From: Croceibacterium sp.
Lineage (GTDB): Bacteria > Pseudomonadota > Alphaproteobacteria > Sphingomonadales > Sphingomonadaceae
Direction of reading: 5' to 3'
Assembly: GCA_049791695.1 (NCBI GenBank)
Contig: JBARAF010000016.1
Span: 1 to 35,486 of the forward strand
DNA: 35,486 nucleotides
Positions 27,249 through 35,486 of the stretch are shown piece by piece. Positions within the stretch are counted from its first letter, which is position 1; each line of letters starts with the position of its first letter. Position numbers and translations under genes: made by a program. Below the pieces are notes generated by a model, which was given only the letters and a program-made list of their open reading frames with translations, was not told the DNA's origin and searched no databases.

Positions 27249-27596
27249 ATGTCAAATATCGAAAAGATCAAAGCCGTTCGCATCATGTGCGATTTCGAGG
27301 GCGATGGGGTTTGGTCTGCACCTATTCCCAACAGCACGCTCGAGGGCTTTCGCGTAAGCGATGCCTTGTGGCAGCGCATCCAGCGATGGCAACGCTGGCA
27401 TGATAGCCAGGACGGAAGGCTCTGCCCCGATCCGAACTTCGACCTGAAAGGCTTTGTCGCGGAAGGCTACGTCGTGGCCCGGCTGGTGAAGGCTGAATTG
27501 CCGGATTGGATTGTGCTCTATAGCGACGAGGCGCTGCACGAACAGCGCATCGAAACCGGTGATGACAGCATACAGTATCTGGTCGAGATTACCTGA
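27249..27596 (+). CDS. Small hypothetical protein (115 aa)
   Basis: GGAGG RBS before MSNIEK; acidic/aromatic globular composition. No family confidently assigned. Confidence 0.65.
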   Translation: MSNIEKIKAVRIMCDFEGDGVWSAPIPNSTLEGFRVSDALWQRIQRWQRWHDSQDGRLCPDPNFDLKGFVAEGYVVARLVKAELPDWIVLYSDEALHEQRIETGDDSIQYLVEIT

Positions 27597-27612
27597 CTTC
27601 GCGGGCGTGCCT

Positions 27613-27647
27613 TCCGGCCAACCGCCAGCCCTTGGCGGTTGGCCGGA
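27613..27647. repeat. Perfect 15-bp-stem hairpin upstream of mod
   Basis: TCCGGCCAACCGCCA-GCCCT-TGGCGGTTGGCCGGA, with no U-tract. Confidence 0.75.
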
Positions 27648-27686
27648 CGCGCTGCTATGCCCTTCAACATTCATGGGGAGCCCCGA

Positions 27687-29222
27687 ATGCCGAGTTTGAC
27701 ATGGTTGACGCGCGATGACGACCTGAAGCGCGCGGGCACTGTGCCTTACCGGTTGCTGGAGGCGGACCCGACGCTTTCGCACGGCGACCCGACGGCTGGA
27801 AATATGCTGATCCAGGGCGACAATCTGGACGCGCTGAAGGCACTGCTGCCCTATTACAAGGGGCGAGTGAAGTGCATCTATATCGATCCGCCCTACAACA
27901 CGCGCAGCGCCTTCGAACATTACGACGACAATCTGGAACACACTCAGTGGCTGGCGATGATCTATCCCCGGCTGGAATTGCTGCGCGATCTGCTTTCAGA
28001 GGATGGTAGCATTTGGGTGTCGATTGACGACAACGAAGGGCACTATCTCAAGGTCGTGATGGATGAAGTTTTTGGAAGGCGGAATTTCATCGCCTCCAAC
28101 GTCTGGCAAAAACGCTATTCGAGGGAAAACCGCGAAGCAATTGGTGACGTTCACGAATACCTTGTTGTTTACGCAAAGTCACCAGATGCGTTCAAAGCGG
28201 GTAGAAACCGAATTCCGCTAGACGAACAACAAGCTAAGATTTACAAAAATCCGGATAACCCCAAAGAAATTGATCCAACCAAACGTTGGCGCGGGCTTCC
28301 CATGACTGCGCAAGGCTATCGGCCTAATCAGATGTATGTAATCACCGCCCCGAACGGGAAGAGGCACATCCCGCCGGAAGGCCGTTGTTGGTCGACTATC
28401 GAACCCGAATTTGAGAAGATGAAGGCAAAAGGCCGGATTTATTGGGGAAAGGATGGAAATGCGCAGCCAAGCGTAATTCGCTTTCTTTCTGAAGTGGAAC
28501 GATTAGTGCCGTGGACGTGGTGGCCGCACACTGAAGTTGGTCACACCGATGAGAGCAAAAAGGAATGCAACGAACTTTTCGGCGCAGACGTTAGCTTTGG
28601 GACGCCAAAGCCCGAAAGACTAGTTGAACGAATTTTCCATATCGCCACCAACCCCGGTGACCTTATTTTGGACAGCTTCTTGGGTTCCGGCACCACGGCA
28701 GCCGTCGCGCACAAGATGGGCCGCAAGTGGATTGGCGTGGAAATGGGAGATCATGCAATCACCCATTGCGCGCCCCGACTGGCCAAGGTGATCGATGGCG
28801 AACAGGGCGGTATTTCCAAAGCAGTGGAGTGGCAGGGCGGCGGTGGCTTCAGCTTTTATCGGTTGGGCGAACCTGTGTTTGACGATGAAGGCCGCATTCG
28901 CCCCGGAATCCGGTTTCCCGAATTGGCGGCGCATATCTGGTTTTCAGAAACGGGCATTCCTTATCAAGGGGCAGCGGACAGCCCGTTCCTGGGCAATCAC
29001 GGCCCGCGCGGGCTGGCACTGCTATATAACGGTATTCTGGGCGACAAGCGGGTATCTGGCGGCAATGTGCTTACCGGGGCCTTGCTGGCATCCATCCGCG
29101 ATCTGGCGGGCCATAGCGGGCCACTGACAATCTACGGTGAGGCCAGCCGCATAGGTGCGGCCCGGCTGAAAGTGGAAGGCGTCACCTTCAAGCAAACCCC
29201 CTATGACGTGAAGGCGCGCTGA
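27687..29222 (+). CDS. mod: Type III Mod / beta-class amino DNA methyltransferase
   Basis: IQGDNL, IYIDPPYN, TPKPE, LDSFLGSGTT. Start MPSLTW follows a GGGGAG RBS. Confidence 0.9.
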   Translation: MPSLTWLTRDDDLKRAGTVPYRLLEADPTLSHGDPTAGNMLIQGDNLDALKALLPYYKGRVKCIYIDPPYNTRSAFEHYDDNLEHTQWLAMIYPRLELLRDLLSEDGSIWVSIDDNEGHYLKVVMDEVFGRRNFIASNVWQKRYSRENREAIGDVHEYLVVYAKSPDAFKAGRNRIPLDEQQAKIYKNPDNPKEIDPTKRWRGLPMTAQGYRPNQMYVITAPNGKRHIPPEGRCWSTIEPEFEKMKAKGRIYWGKDGNAQPSVIRFLSEVERLVPWTWWPHTEVGHTDESKKECNELFGADVSFGTPKPERLVERIFHIATNPGDLILDSFLGSGTTAAVAHKMGRKWIGVEMGDHAITHCAPRLAKVIDGEQGGISKAVEWQGGGGFSFYRLGEPVFDDEGRIRPGIRFPELAAHIWFSETGIPYQGAADSPFLGNHGPRGLALLYNGILGDKRVSGGNVLTGALLASIRDLAGHSGPLTIYGEASRIGAARLKVEGVTFKQTPYDVKAR

Positions 29223-29223
29223 T

Positions 29224-31857
29224 ATGGAACTGAAGCGCTATCAGGAACGCGCACTCGACCAATTGCGCCATTTTCTGGAAAGGGCACAAACCGATAGCGT
29301 GGCAGCGGCCTTCGCTTCGACCATTGAACGCGCCAAGTTGGACGAAGTTAAGGACGACGCACCAACTTACGCCAAGGGCGGATATACTCCGGTGGATGGG
29401 TTGGGGGCCACGCCCTATTGCTGCATTCGCCTGCCAACGGGGGGCGGCAAGACACTGCTGGCAGCCCATGCCATCAAGGTGGCAGCGGAAAGCTATATGG
29501 ACCGCGCCCATGTGCCCGTGATCTGGCTGGTGCCGTCCAATGCCATTCAGGTGCAGACCTTGGATGCGCTGAAACAGCCGCGCCACCCCTATCGGCTGGC
29601 ACTGGAGGAAGCCTTTGGCGGTGCCGTGGCAGTGTTCGACATTTCCGAACGGCGGCAAATCCGGCCACGCGACTTTCTGGAAAAAACCGTCGTGATTGTC
29701 GCCACCTATCAGGCGTTCCGGGTGGAAGATACGTCCAGCCGCAACGTCTATGCCGATGACGAAAACCTGGAGGATCATTTCCGCGACGCGCGCATGGGCG
29801 AAGGGCTGGACGTGGTTACGGCTGGCAAGCGGCGCGGTGAAATCGCCCTGTCCTTTGCCAATGTGCTTCACCGGCAAAAGCCGCTTATGATCCTGGACGA
29901 AGCGCACAACTTCATGACCAACCTTTCAGGCAGCGCAAAAGCTCGCCTGAACCCGGCAGCAATCATTGAACTGACTGCCACGCCGAAGCCCCGGTCCAAT
30001 GTCATTTCCGCCGCCACCGCGATGGAACTGAAGGGGGCAGAGATGATCAAGATGCCGGTCCACCTGTCACAACATGGCAGCTGGCAACAGGCAGTGGCCC
30101 ATGCGGTGCAGAACCGGGCGTGGCTGGCGCAAATCGCTGCCAAAGACCCGGCGGGCATTCGCCCAATTACGCTTTATCAGGCGATGCCAGCCGCTGAAGG
30201 CAATGAAGCGACGGTAGACGTGCTGAAAGCCCACCTGATCGAAGTGGAGCGCATTCCAGCGGAAGCCATTGTGATCGCCACGGGCGACCAACGCGGACTG
30301 GACGGCGTCAACCTGTTCGATCCTGACTGCAAGGTGGAACACGTCATTACCGTGCAGGCGCTGAAGGAAGGCTGGGACTGTTCCTATGCTTATGTGTTCT
30401 GTTCGCTGGCCAGTATCCGCGCGGCTGGCGCGGTGGAACAGCTGCTGGGCCGGGTATTGCGAATGCCGTTTGCCAAGCGGCGTGTCTCCGAAGAGTTGAA
30501 CAGGGCCTATGCCCATGTATCGGAAACCAGCTTTGCCGCAGCTGCCAACGGCTTGATGGACCGGCTGACTGAAATGGGCTTTGACGAGCGTAGCGCGCGG
30601 GAAGCCATTCTGGAAATGCCGCCGGAATTCCCGTTGGACGGGGGCGACATTGGCCCGCTTTACAGGATGCCCGAACCCGTAAGGCTTACAGTGCAGGAAC
30701 GTCCGGACACAAGCGCATGGTCCGCACCCGCACGCGAAGCCTTCCGCATGGCCGACAATGGCGCGGGTGGGGTGTTGGCGGTTATCGCACCCGATGCCAG
30801 CGATGACGTGAAGCGGGAAATTGCCAAAGCGGTGGAAGCCGTTGCACCCGGCGCGATTGAGGCGGTGGAGCGCAATATCGTTCAAACGGAAGCCGCCAAA
30901 TCACCAGCCGCGCGGGGCGTGCCTTTCACCGTGCCGCAGCTGCAAATCATGGTGCAGGGCGAACTTGACCTGGCCTATCCGGAATCGTTCATCGATCTGG
31001 CGGGCTGGGATTTGCTTTCGTACGGTGCGGACCTGCCCGGCTTCAGCTTTGTCGAACAGCCCGATTGCTATGAATTCGACATTCAGGGCGACCGGCTGGT
31101 TTACGAACATATGGCCACCACCCTGGAACTGGCGCTGGACGGAGCGACCAACTGGGACGAAGCGGCGCTGGCGCGGTTTCTGGACCGGCAAACCCGGCAG
31201 GTTCACACCGGGCAGGAAACCTATCTGGAATATTGCAGGCGGGTAGTGGTCGAACTGGTGCAAGGGCGGGGCGTGCCGCTGGCCGCACTGGTACGGGGCA
31301 AATATGCGCTTCGGCGTGCCGTGCTGGCGCGGGTGGCCCATTTGCGCGCAATCACGGGCGCGCGGGGCGTGCAAATGTTCATGGACGGCCTGGGGGTGCC
31401 AGACACGCCAAGCAACGCGATGCACCGCTTCGATCCGAACCGGTATGACGCACGCAACCCCTATGCAGGCAGCTTCAGGTTCAAAAAGCACTACTATGCC
31501 GCCATTGGCGATATGAAGCCGCAAGGCGACGAATTTGAATGTGCGCAGGCGATCGACCGGCTGGAAGCGGTTAAGCACTGGGTCCGCAATGTGGACCGCA
31601 CCTACGGCGCTTACCGTCTGCCTACCGCAACCGATTACTTCTATCCGGACTTTGTCGCGGAATTGCAGGACGGTCGGCAGCTGGTGATCGAATACAAGGG
31701 CAGGCTGGACGAAGATTCCGCCGAAAAGGACAACATCGGCCTGAAGGCAGAGGAAACTAGCGGCGGCAAGCTGCTATTCCTGATGGCCCTTAAGCGCGAT
31801 GCGGCTGGACGAGGTGTAACAGAACAAATCTTGCACAAGATTGGCGCTGGGGGGTGA
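29224..31857 (+). CDS. res: Type III R-M-like Res subunit (SF2 helicase plus PD-(D/E)xK nuclease)
   Basis: YQ Q-motif, LPTGGGKT, DEAH, LKEGWD, QLLGRVLR, FYPDF...IEYKG. Confidence 0.87.
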   Translation: MELKRYQERALDQLRHFLERAQTDSVAAAFASTIERAKLDEVKDDAPTYAKGGYTPVDGLGATPYCCIRLPTGGGKTLLAAHAIKVAAESYMDRAHVPVIWLVPSNAIQVQTLDALKQPRHPYRLALEEAFGGAVAVFDISERRQIRPRDFLEKTVVIVATYQAFRVEDTSSRNVYADDENLEDHFRDARMGEGLDVVTAGKRRGEIALSFANVLHRQKPLMILDEAHNFMTNLSGSAKARLNPAAIIELTATPKPRSNVISAATAMELKGAEMIKMPVHLSQHGSWQQAVAHAVQNRAWLAQIAAKDPAGIRPITLYQAMPAAEGNEATVDVLKAHLIEVERIPAEAIVIATGDQRGLDGVNLFDPDCKVEHVITVQALKEGWDCSYAYVFCSLASIRAAGAVEQLLGRVLRMPFAKRRVSEELNRAYAHVSETSFAAAANGLMDRLTEMGFDERSAREAILEMPPEFPLDGGDIGPLYRMPEPVRLTVQERPDTSAWSAPAREAFRMADNGAGGVLAVIAPDASDDVKREIAKAVEAVAPGAIEAVERNIVQTEAAKSPAARGVPFTVPQLQIMVQGELDLAYPESFIDLAGWDLLSYGADLPGFSFVEQPDCYEFDIQGDRLVYEHMATTLELALDGATNWDEAALARFLDRQTRQVHTGQETYLEYCRRVVVELVQGRGVPLAALVRGKYALRRAVLARVAHLRAITGARGVQMFMDGLGVPDTPSNAMHRFDPNRYDARNPYAGSFRFKKHYYAAIGDMKPQGDEFECAQAIDRLEAVKHWVRNVDRTYGAYRLPTATDYFYPDFVAELQDGRQLVIEYKGRLDEDSAEKDNIGLKAEETSGGKLLFLMALKRDAAGRGVTEQILHKIGAGG

Positions 31858-31932
31858 TTGGCGGCGCTACCGAACGCTGGTAAACAGCCATCGGATCATT
31901 GGCGGACGACGGTGGATGCAGGCGGATAGAAC

Positions 31933-31973
31933 TGGGGGTAACTCGCCCCTTGGGGGGCCACATTGGGGGCCAC
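31933..31973. repeat. Integrase arm-type sites, distal end of island 2
   Basis: GGGGGCCAC pair 12 bp apart (31953 and 31965), plus TGGGGGTAAC at 31933. Confidence 0.7.
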
Positions 31974-31977
31974 CTTC

Positions 31978-32016
31978 CAAAAGTCTGATTATTTATGCCG
32001 CTAGATCAATAATTTA
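31978..32016. promoter_or_regulatory. Putative IHF sites between the arm sites and the att core
   Basis: Minus-strand AATCAG-ACTT-TTG (31978-31990) matches WATCAR-N4-TTR. Plus-strand GATCAA-TAAT-TTA (32004-32016) has one mismatch. Confidence 0.55.
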
Positions 32017-32034
32017 AGTCGCGTTTTTGGTTCC

Positions 32035-32051
32035 CCTAAGCGGCACCATTT
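32035..32051 (+). repeat. Distal att site of island 2 (tRNA-Thr 3' fragment)
   Basis: Identical to 23064-23080. Confidence 0.9.
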
Positions 32052-32080
32052 TCCTGCCTCTCCTTCCGGCGCGGACCCCC

Positions 32081-33229
32081 ATGCAGATCAGCAACTTCGA
32101 TCCTGCCACTTTCCTGCGCGATTATTGGCAGCGCAAGCCGTTGCTGGTGCGCGGGGCTTTTCCGGCATGGGACAACCCGCTGGACCCGGACGAACTGGCC
32201 GGGCTTGCCTGCGAAGAGGATGTGGAGGCGCGCATCGTTACCCGGCGGGGTGCGCTGTGGTCACTGGAACGCGGGCCGTTTGCGGAAGACCGGTTTGCCC
32301 GTGAAGGGAGCGATCCGTGGACCCTGCTGGTGCAGGCGGTCGATCATTACGTGGCCGATGTTGCCGCACTGGTGCAGCCGTTCCGCTTCGTGCCTGACTG
32401 GCGGATTGACGACGTGATGGTCAGCTATGCCAGCGATGGTGGCGGGGTGGGGCCGCATTTCGACCGGTATGACGTGTTCCTGGTTCAGGGGCTGGGCCAG
32501 CGCCGCTGGCGGCTGGGCGGGCAGTGCGATGCCACCAGCCCGCTGTTGCCGCATGATGACCTGTGCCTGCTGGCCGGGTTCCAGGCGGAGCAGGAGTTCG
32601 TGCTTGAGCCGGGCGACATGCTGTATGTCCCGCCCGGCCTGGCGCATGATGGCGTGGCCGTGGGCGATGATTGCATGACCTATTCGGTCGGCTTCCGCGC
32701 CCCTGCCCGCAGCGAACTGGTGGCCCATTGGTGCGACCACGTACTCGAAGGGATCGCGGCGGACGACCTGTACACCGATCCCGCCCTGCAACCCCAGGAC
32801 CAGCCGGGCGAGATCAACCCGGTGGCGCTGGCGCGGCTGCAGGAAATGGTGACGCGCGAACTGGCCGCACCGGGCGCCTTTGCCCGCTGGTTCGGCCAAT
32901 ATACCAGCGCGCCGAAATATCCCGACACCGACTGGCGACCGGAAGAACCGGCCGGGCCGGAAATGGTGCAGCACCTGCTGGAACAGGGCACACCGCTGTT
33001 GCGCAATCCCGCCAGCCGCACGGCTTTTGTGCGGGTGCCGGGCGGAATCACGCTGTTTGCGGATGGGGCGGGCTTCGATTGCCCGGGGGAACTGGCCGAA
33101 CTGGCGGAGGCGATTTGCGCCGGGCCGGAAGTGACCATTCCCGCATCGCTGCTGCGCAACAAGGTAGCGCTGGGCCTGCTTTCCGCCCTGCACGACATCG
33201 GCGTGCTGGCGTTCGAGAGCGAGGACTGA
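32081..33229 (+). CDS. roxA: JmjC/cupin ribosomal protein uL16 hydroxylase (RoxA/YcfD-like)
   Basis: FLRDYWQRKPLL, WRIDDVMVSYA, GVGPHFDRYDVFLVQG, LEPGDMLYVPP..H. Confidence 0.85.
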   Translation: MQISNFDPATFLRDYWQRKPLLVRGAFPAWDNPLDPDELAGLACEEDVEARIVTRRGALWSLERGPFAEDRFAREGSDPWTLLVQAVDHYVADVAALVQPFRFVPDWRIDDVMVSYASDGGGVGPHFDRYDVFLVQGLGQRRWRLGGQCDATSPLLPHDDLCLLAGFQAEQEFVLEPGDMLYVPPGLAHDGVAVGDDCMTYSVGFRAPARSELVAHWCDHVLEGIAADDLYTDPALQPQDQPGEINPVALARLQEMVTRELAAPGAFARWFGQYTSAPKYPDTDWRPEEPAGPEMVQHLLEQGTPLLRNPASRTAFVRVPGGITLFADGAGFDCPGELAELAEAICAGPEVTIPASLLRNKVALGLLSALHDIGVLAFESED

Positions 33230-33409
33230 CACGCCAGTGCGCACGCGGCTGAGCATCTGCCGGCGCAAGGCCCGCTATCCGGATCTGGCGACAGCAGCGG
33301 CGGCAGCACGGGCGGCCTCGATTACCCTGCACCCGTACCATTGCGACAGGTGCCGCCAGTATCACCTGACCAGCCGCACCAAGGGCCGCCGGGTGCCGCG
33401 GCCTGCGGA

Positions 33410-33958
33410 TTAAACTGCCCGTTCCACCCACTGGCCCGGGGCGATGTCACCCAGCGTCCAGTCCCCGATGGCATGGCGCACCAGCCGCAGGGTGGGGAAG
33501 CCGACTGCGGCGGTCATCCGGCGAACCTGGCGGTTGCGGCCTTCGGTGATGGTCAGGCTGATCCAGCAATCGGGCACCGACTTGCGGAAGCGCACCGGCG
33601 GATCACGCGGCCACAGGCTGGGCTCCTCCAGCCTTTCCACCCGTGCGGGGCGAGTGGTGCCATCGTTGAGCATGACCCCGGCGCGCAAAGCGACCAGGGC
33701 ATCATCGGCAATTTCGCCTTCGACTTGCGCCCAATAGGTCTTGGGCAGCTTGAATTTCGGATCGGCGATGCGCGCTTGCAACCGGCCATCGTCGGTCAGC
33801 AGCAGCAGGCCTTCACTGTCCCGGTCCAGCCGCCCAGCGGGATAGACGCCGGGCACCTGGATGAAGTCGGACAGCGTCTGGCGCGCAGTTTCACTGCCCC
33901 GGTCGGTGAACTGGCTGAGCACCCCGAACGGCTTGTTGAACAGGATCAGTCGCGACAT
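33410..33958 (-). CDS. rluE: rRNA pseudouridine synthase (RluE-like)
   Basis: [47 protein letters not shown]. Start overlaps the MFS stop (TGATG). Confidence 0.88.
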   Translation of the reverse strand: MSRLILFNKPFGVLSQFTDRGSETARQTLSDFIQVPGVYPAGRLDRDSEGLLLLTDDGRLQARIADPKFKLPKTYWAQVEGEIADDALVALRAGVMLNDGTTRPARVERLEEPSLWPRDPPVRFRKSVPDCWISLTITEGRNRQVRRMTAAVGFPTLRLVRHAIGDWTLGDIAPGQWVERAV

Positions 33959-35241
33959 CAGGCGGGCCGCCGGGCAAATACCCCGAACCCGGCGATCACC
34001 GCATAACACAGTGCCGGCAGAGCCAGCGCGAGTGCCAGGCTGCCGCTGGCATCGGCCAGCGCGCCGGTGGCGAGCGGGATCACCGCCCCGCCGAAAATCG
34101 CCACGTTGATGATGCCCGATCCATCCGGAGCGCGTTCGCCCAGCTTCTCGCTCGCCAGGCTGAAGATCGTCGGGAACATGATCGCATTCATCAGCCCGAT
34201 GGCGAGCAGGCTGTAGCCCGACAGCGTACCGGTGGTGTTGGCCGAAAGCAGGATCAACGCGATCGCTCCGCAGGCGACGAAAGCCAGCACCTTGCCCGGG
34301 CTCAGCACCCGCAGCACCGCTGAGCCGATGAACCGGCCGACCATCGCCCCGCCCCAGTACAGGCTGATCAACTTGCCCGCATCCTGTTCGGTCAGGCCCA
34401 TCACCTGCGGCTGCATCAGGTAGCTGACCACCAGCGAGCCGATCGAAACTTCCGCCCCGACATAAAGGAAGATGCACAGCGCGCCGTAGCCGAAGCGCGG
34501 GCGGCGCAGCAGGTCGAAGCCGAACGGGAAAGTGCTGGGGGAATGGCTTTCCCCCTTCAACCGGTTGCGGAACAGCCACACCGCGCCCGCCACCAGTGCC
34601 AGCACGGCGGCGAGGCCGAGGTAGCCGTTGACGATGGCCTGGCTTTCCGCGCTGCGATAGGCGTCCAGCGCCGGTCCGCTCAACTGGTCAGCGCTGACCG
34701 TGGCAAGGCTGCCGAGGATGAGCATCGCGCCGAAATAGGGAAACACCGTGGTGCCGAGCGAATTGAACGCCTGGGCAAAGGTCAGCCGGCTGTGCGCGGT
34801 CTGCGGCTTGCCTAGCAGGGAGATCAGCGGATTGGCCACCACCTGCACCACCACCACGCCGCTCGCCAGCACGAACAGGGCGAACAGGAACAGGCCGTAA
34901 GTAGCCGTCTGGCTGGCGGGGATGAACAGCAGGCAGCCGACCATCATCGTCACCAGTCCGATCACTGCGCCACGCATATAGCCGACCCGCTTGACCAGCA
35001 TCGCACCGGGGATGCCGATCAGCAGGTAGGCGGTGAAGAAGCAGAACTGCACCAGCATCGCCTGGGTGTAGTTGAGCGTGAACAGCTCCTTCAGCTTGGG
35101 AATGATCACATCGTTGAGCGAGGTGATGCCGCCAAAGATGAAGAACAGCGCAAAGACGAAGCCTTGCAGGCCCGGAGCGTTGATGGACGCGCTGGTATCT
35201 GTGGCGGCGGGGGTGGTGGGTGCAAGGGCCATGGTCTGCAT
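33958..35241 (-). CDS. Glucose/galactose (GluP/FucP-family) MFS transporter
   Basis: Multi-TM protein with [43 protein letters not shown]. Confidence 0.92.
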   Translation of the reverse strand: MQTMALAPTTPAATDTSASINAPGLQGFVFALFFIFGGITSLNDVIIPKLKELFTLNYTQAMLVQFCFFTAYLLIGIPGAMLVKRVGYMRGAVIGLVTMMVGCLLFIPASQTATYGLFLFALFVLASGVVVVQVVANPLISLLGKPQTAHSRLTFAQAFNSLGTTVFPYFGAMLILGSLATVSADQLSGPALDAYRSAESQAIVNGYLGLAAVLALVAGAVWLFRNRLKGESHSPSTFPFGFDLLRRPRFGYGALCIFLYVGAEVSIGSLVVSYLMQPQVMGLTEQDAGKLISLYWGGAMVGRFIGSAVLRVLSPGKVLAFVACGAIALILLSANTTGTLSGYSLLAIGLMNAIMFPTIFSLASEKLGERAPDGSGIINVAIFGGAVIPLATGALADASGSLALALALPALCYAVIAGFGVFARRPA

Positions 35242-35486
35242 TACTCCGCCAGATGCCGCCTGGGCAGCTTGATTTCCGCTGTCGGCCCGTCTGCCAGCGC
35301 ATCAGGCGCCAGCACGAAGCGATAGGTCCCGGCGGCAATGTCCCAGCCGCCCGTGCCCCATTCGGCAATCACGCGGGTTTCCAGCGGTACTTCCACCTCG
35401 CGCGCCTCACCGGGGGCGAGCTCCACCCGCGCAAAGCCTGCCAGCCGCCGCGTGGGTTTGCCATCGGCATCCGCGAGGTACACCTG
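35241..35486 (-). CDS. GH3 beta-glucosidase, C-terminal Fn3-like domain (5' partial)
   Basis: QVY...RRLAGFARVELAPGE..V...GTY motif; runs off the window end. Confidence 0.75.
   Translation of the reverse strand, partial: QVYLADADGKPTRRLAGFARVELAPGEAREVEVPLETRVIAEWGTGGWDIAAGTYRFVLAPDALADGPTAEIKLPRRHLAE

Larger units (their letters stand above)
23064..32051 (+). mobile_element. Genomic island 2 integrated in the 3' end of tRNA-Thr(CGT)
   Basis: Perfect 17-bp direct repeat cctaagcggcaccattt at 23064-23080 and 32035-32051, extending to 25 bp with 2 mismatches. The integrase lies next to the tRNA and arm sites occur at both ends. Confidence 0.92.

Noticed and set aside
23064..32051. Prophage, PICI/P4 satellite or ICE assignment for the islands
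   Set aside because: No recognisable structural, terminase, primase, relaxase or T4SS gene in either island.
33410..34579. 389-aa ORF suggesting an N-terminally extended RluE
   Set aside because: The extension overlaps the MFS gene in another frame. The real start is the coupled ATG at 33958.

Overview
GC-rich window, probably from a sphingomonad alphaproteobacterium (inferred from gene content and promoter style). A central block carries tRNA-Gly(CCC), an FAD oxidoreductase, a type I secretion locus with a large repetitive Ig-like substrate, tRNA-Cys(GCA) and tRNA-Thr(CGT). This block is flanked by two separately integrated, oppositely oriented genomic islands: about 10.7 kb at tRNA-Gly (1902-12581) and about 9 kb at tRNA-Thr (23064-32051). 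Each island is bounded by att direct repeats and integrase arm-type sites. Both share the same eight-gene layout: P4-like integrase, variable hypothetical gene, Xis/AlpA, HTH plus Zn-ribbon protein, second tyrosine recombinase, variable cargo gene followed by a palindrome, then type III R-M-like mod and res. The conserved HTH-Zn/second-recombinase pair, in an element with no recognisable replication, conjugation or capsid gene, is the best candidate for an undescribed system. The left flank is a two-component system. The right flank has roxA-like, rluE-like, sugar MFS and partial GH3 genes.
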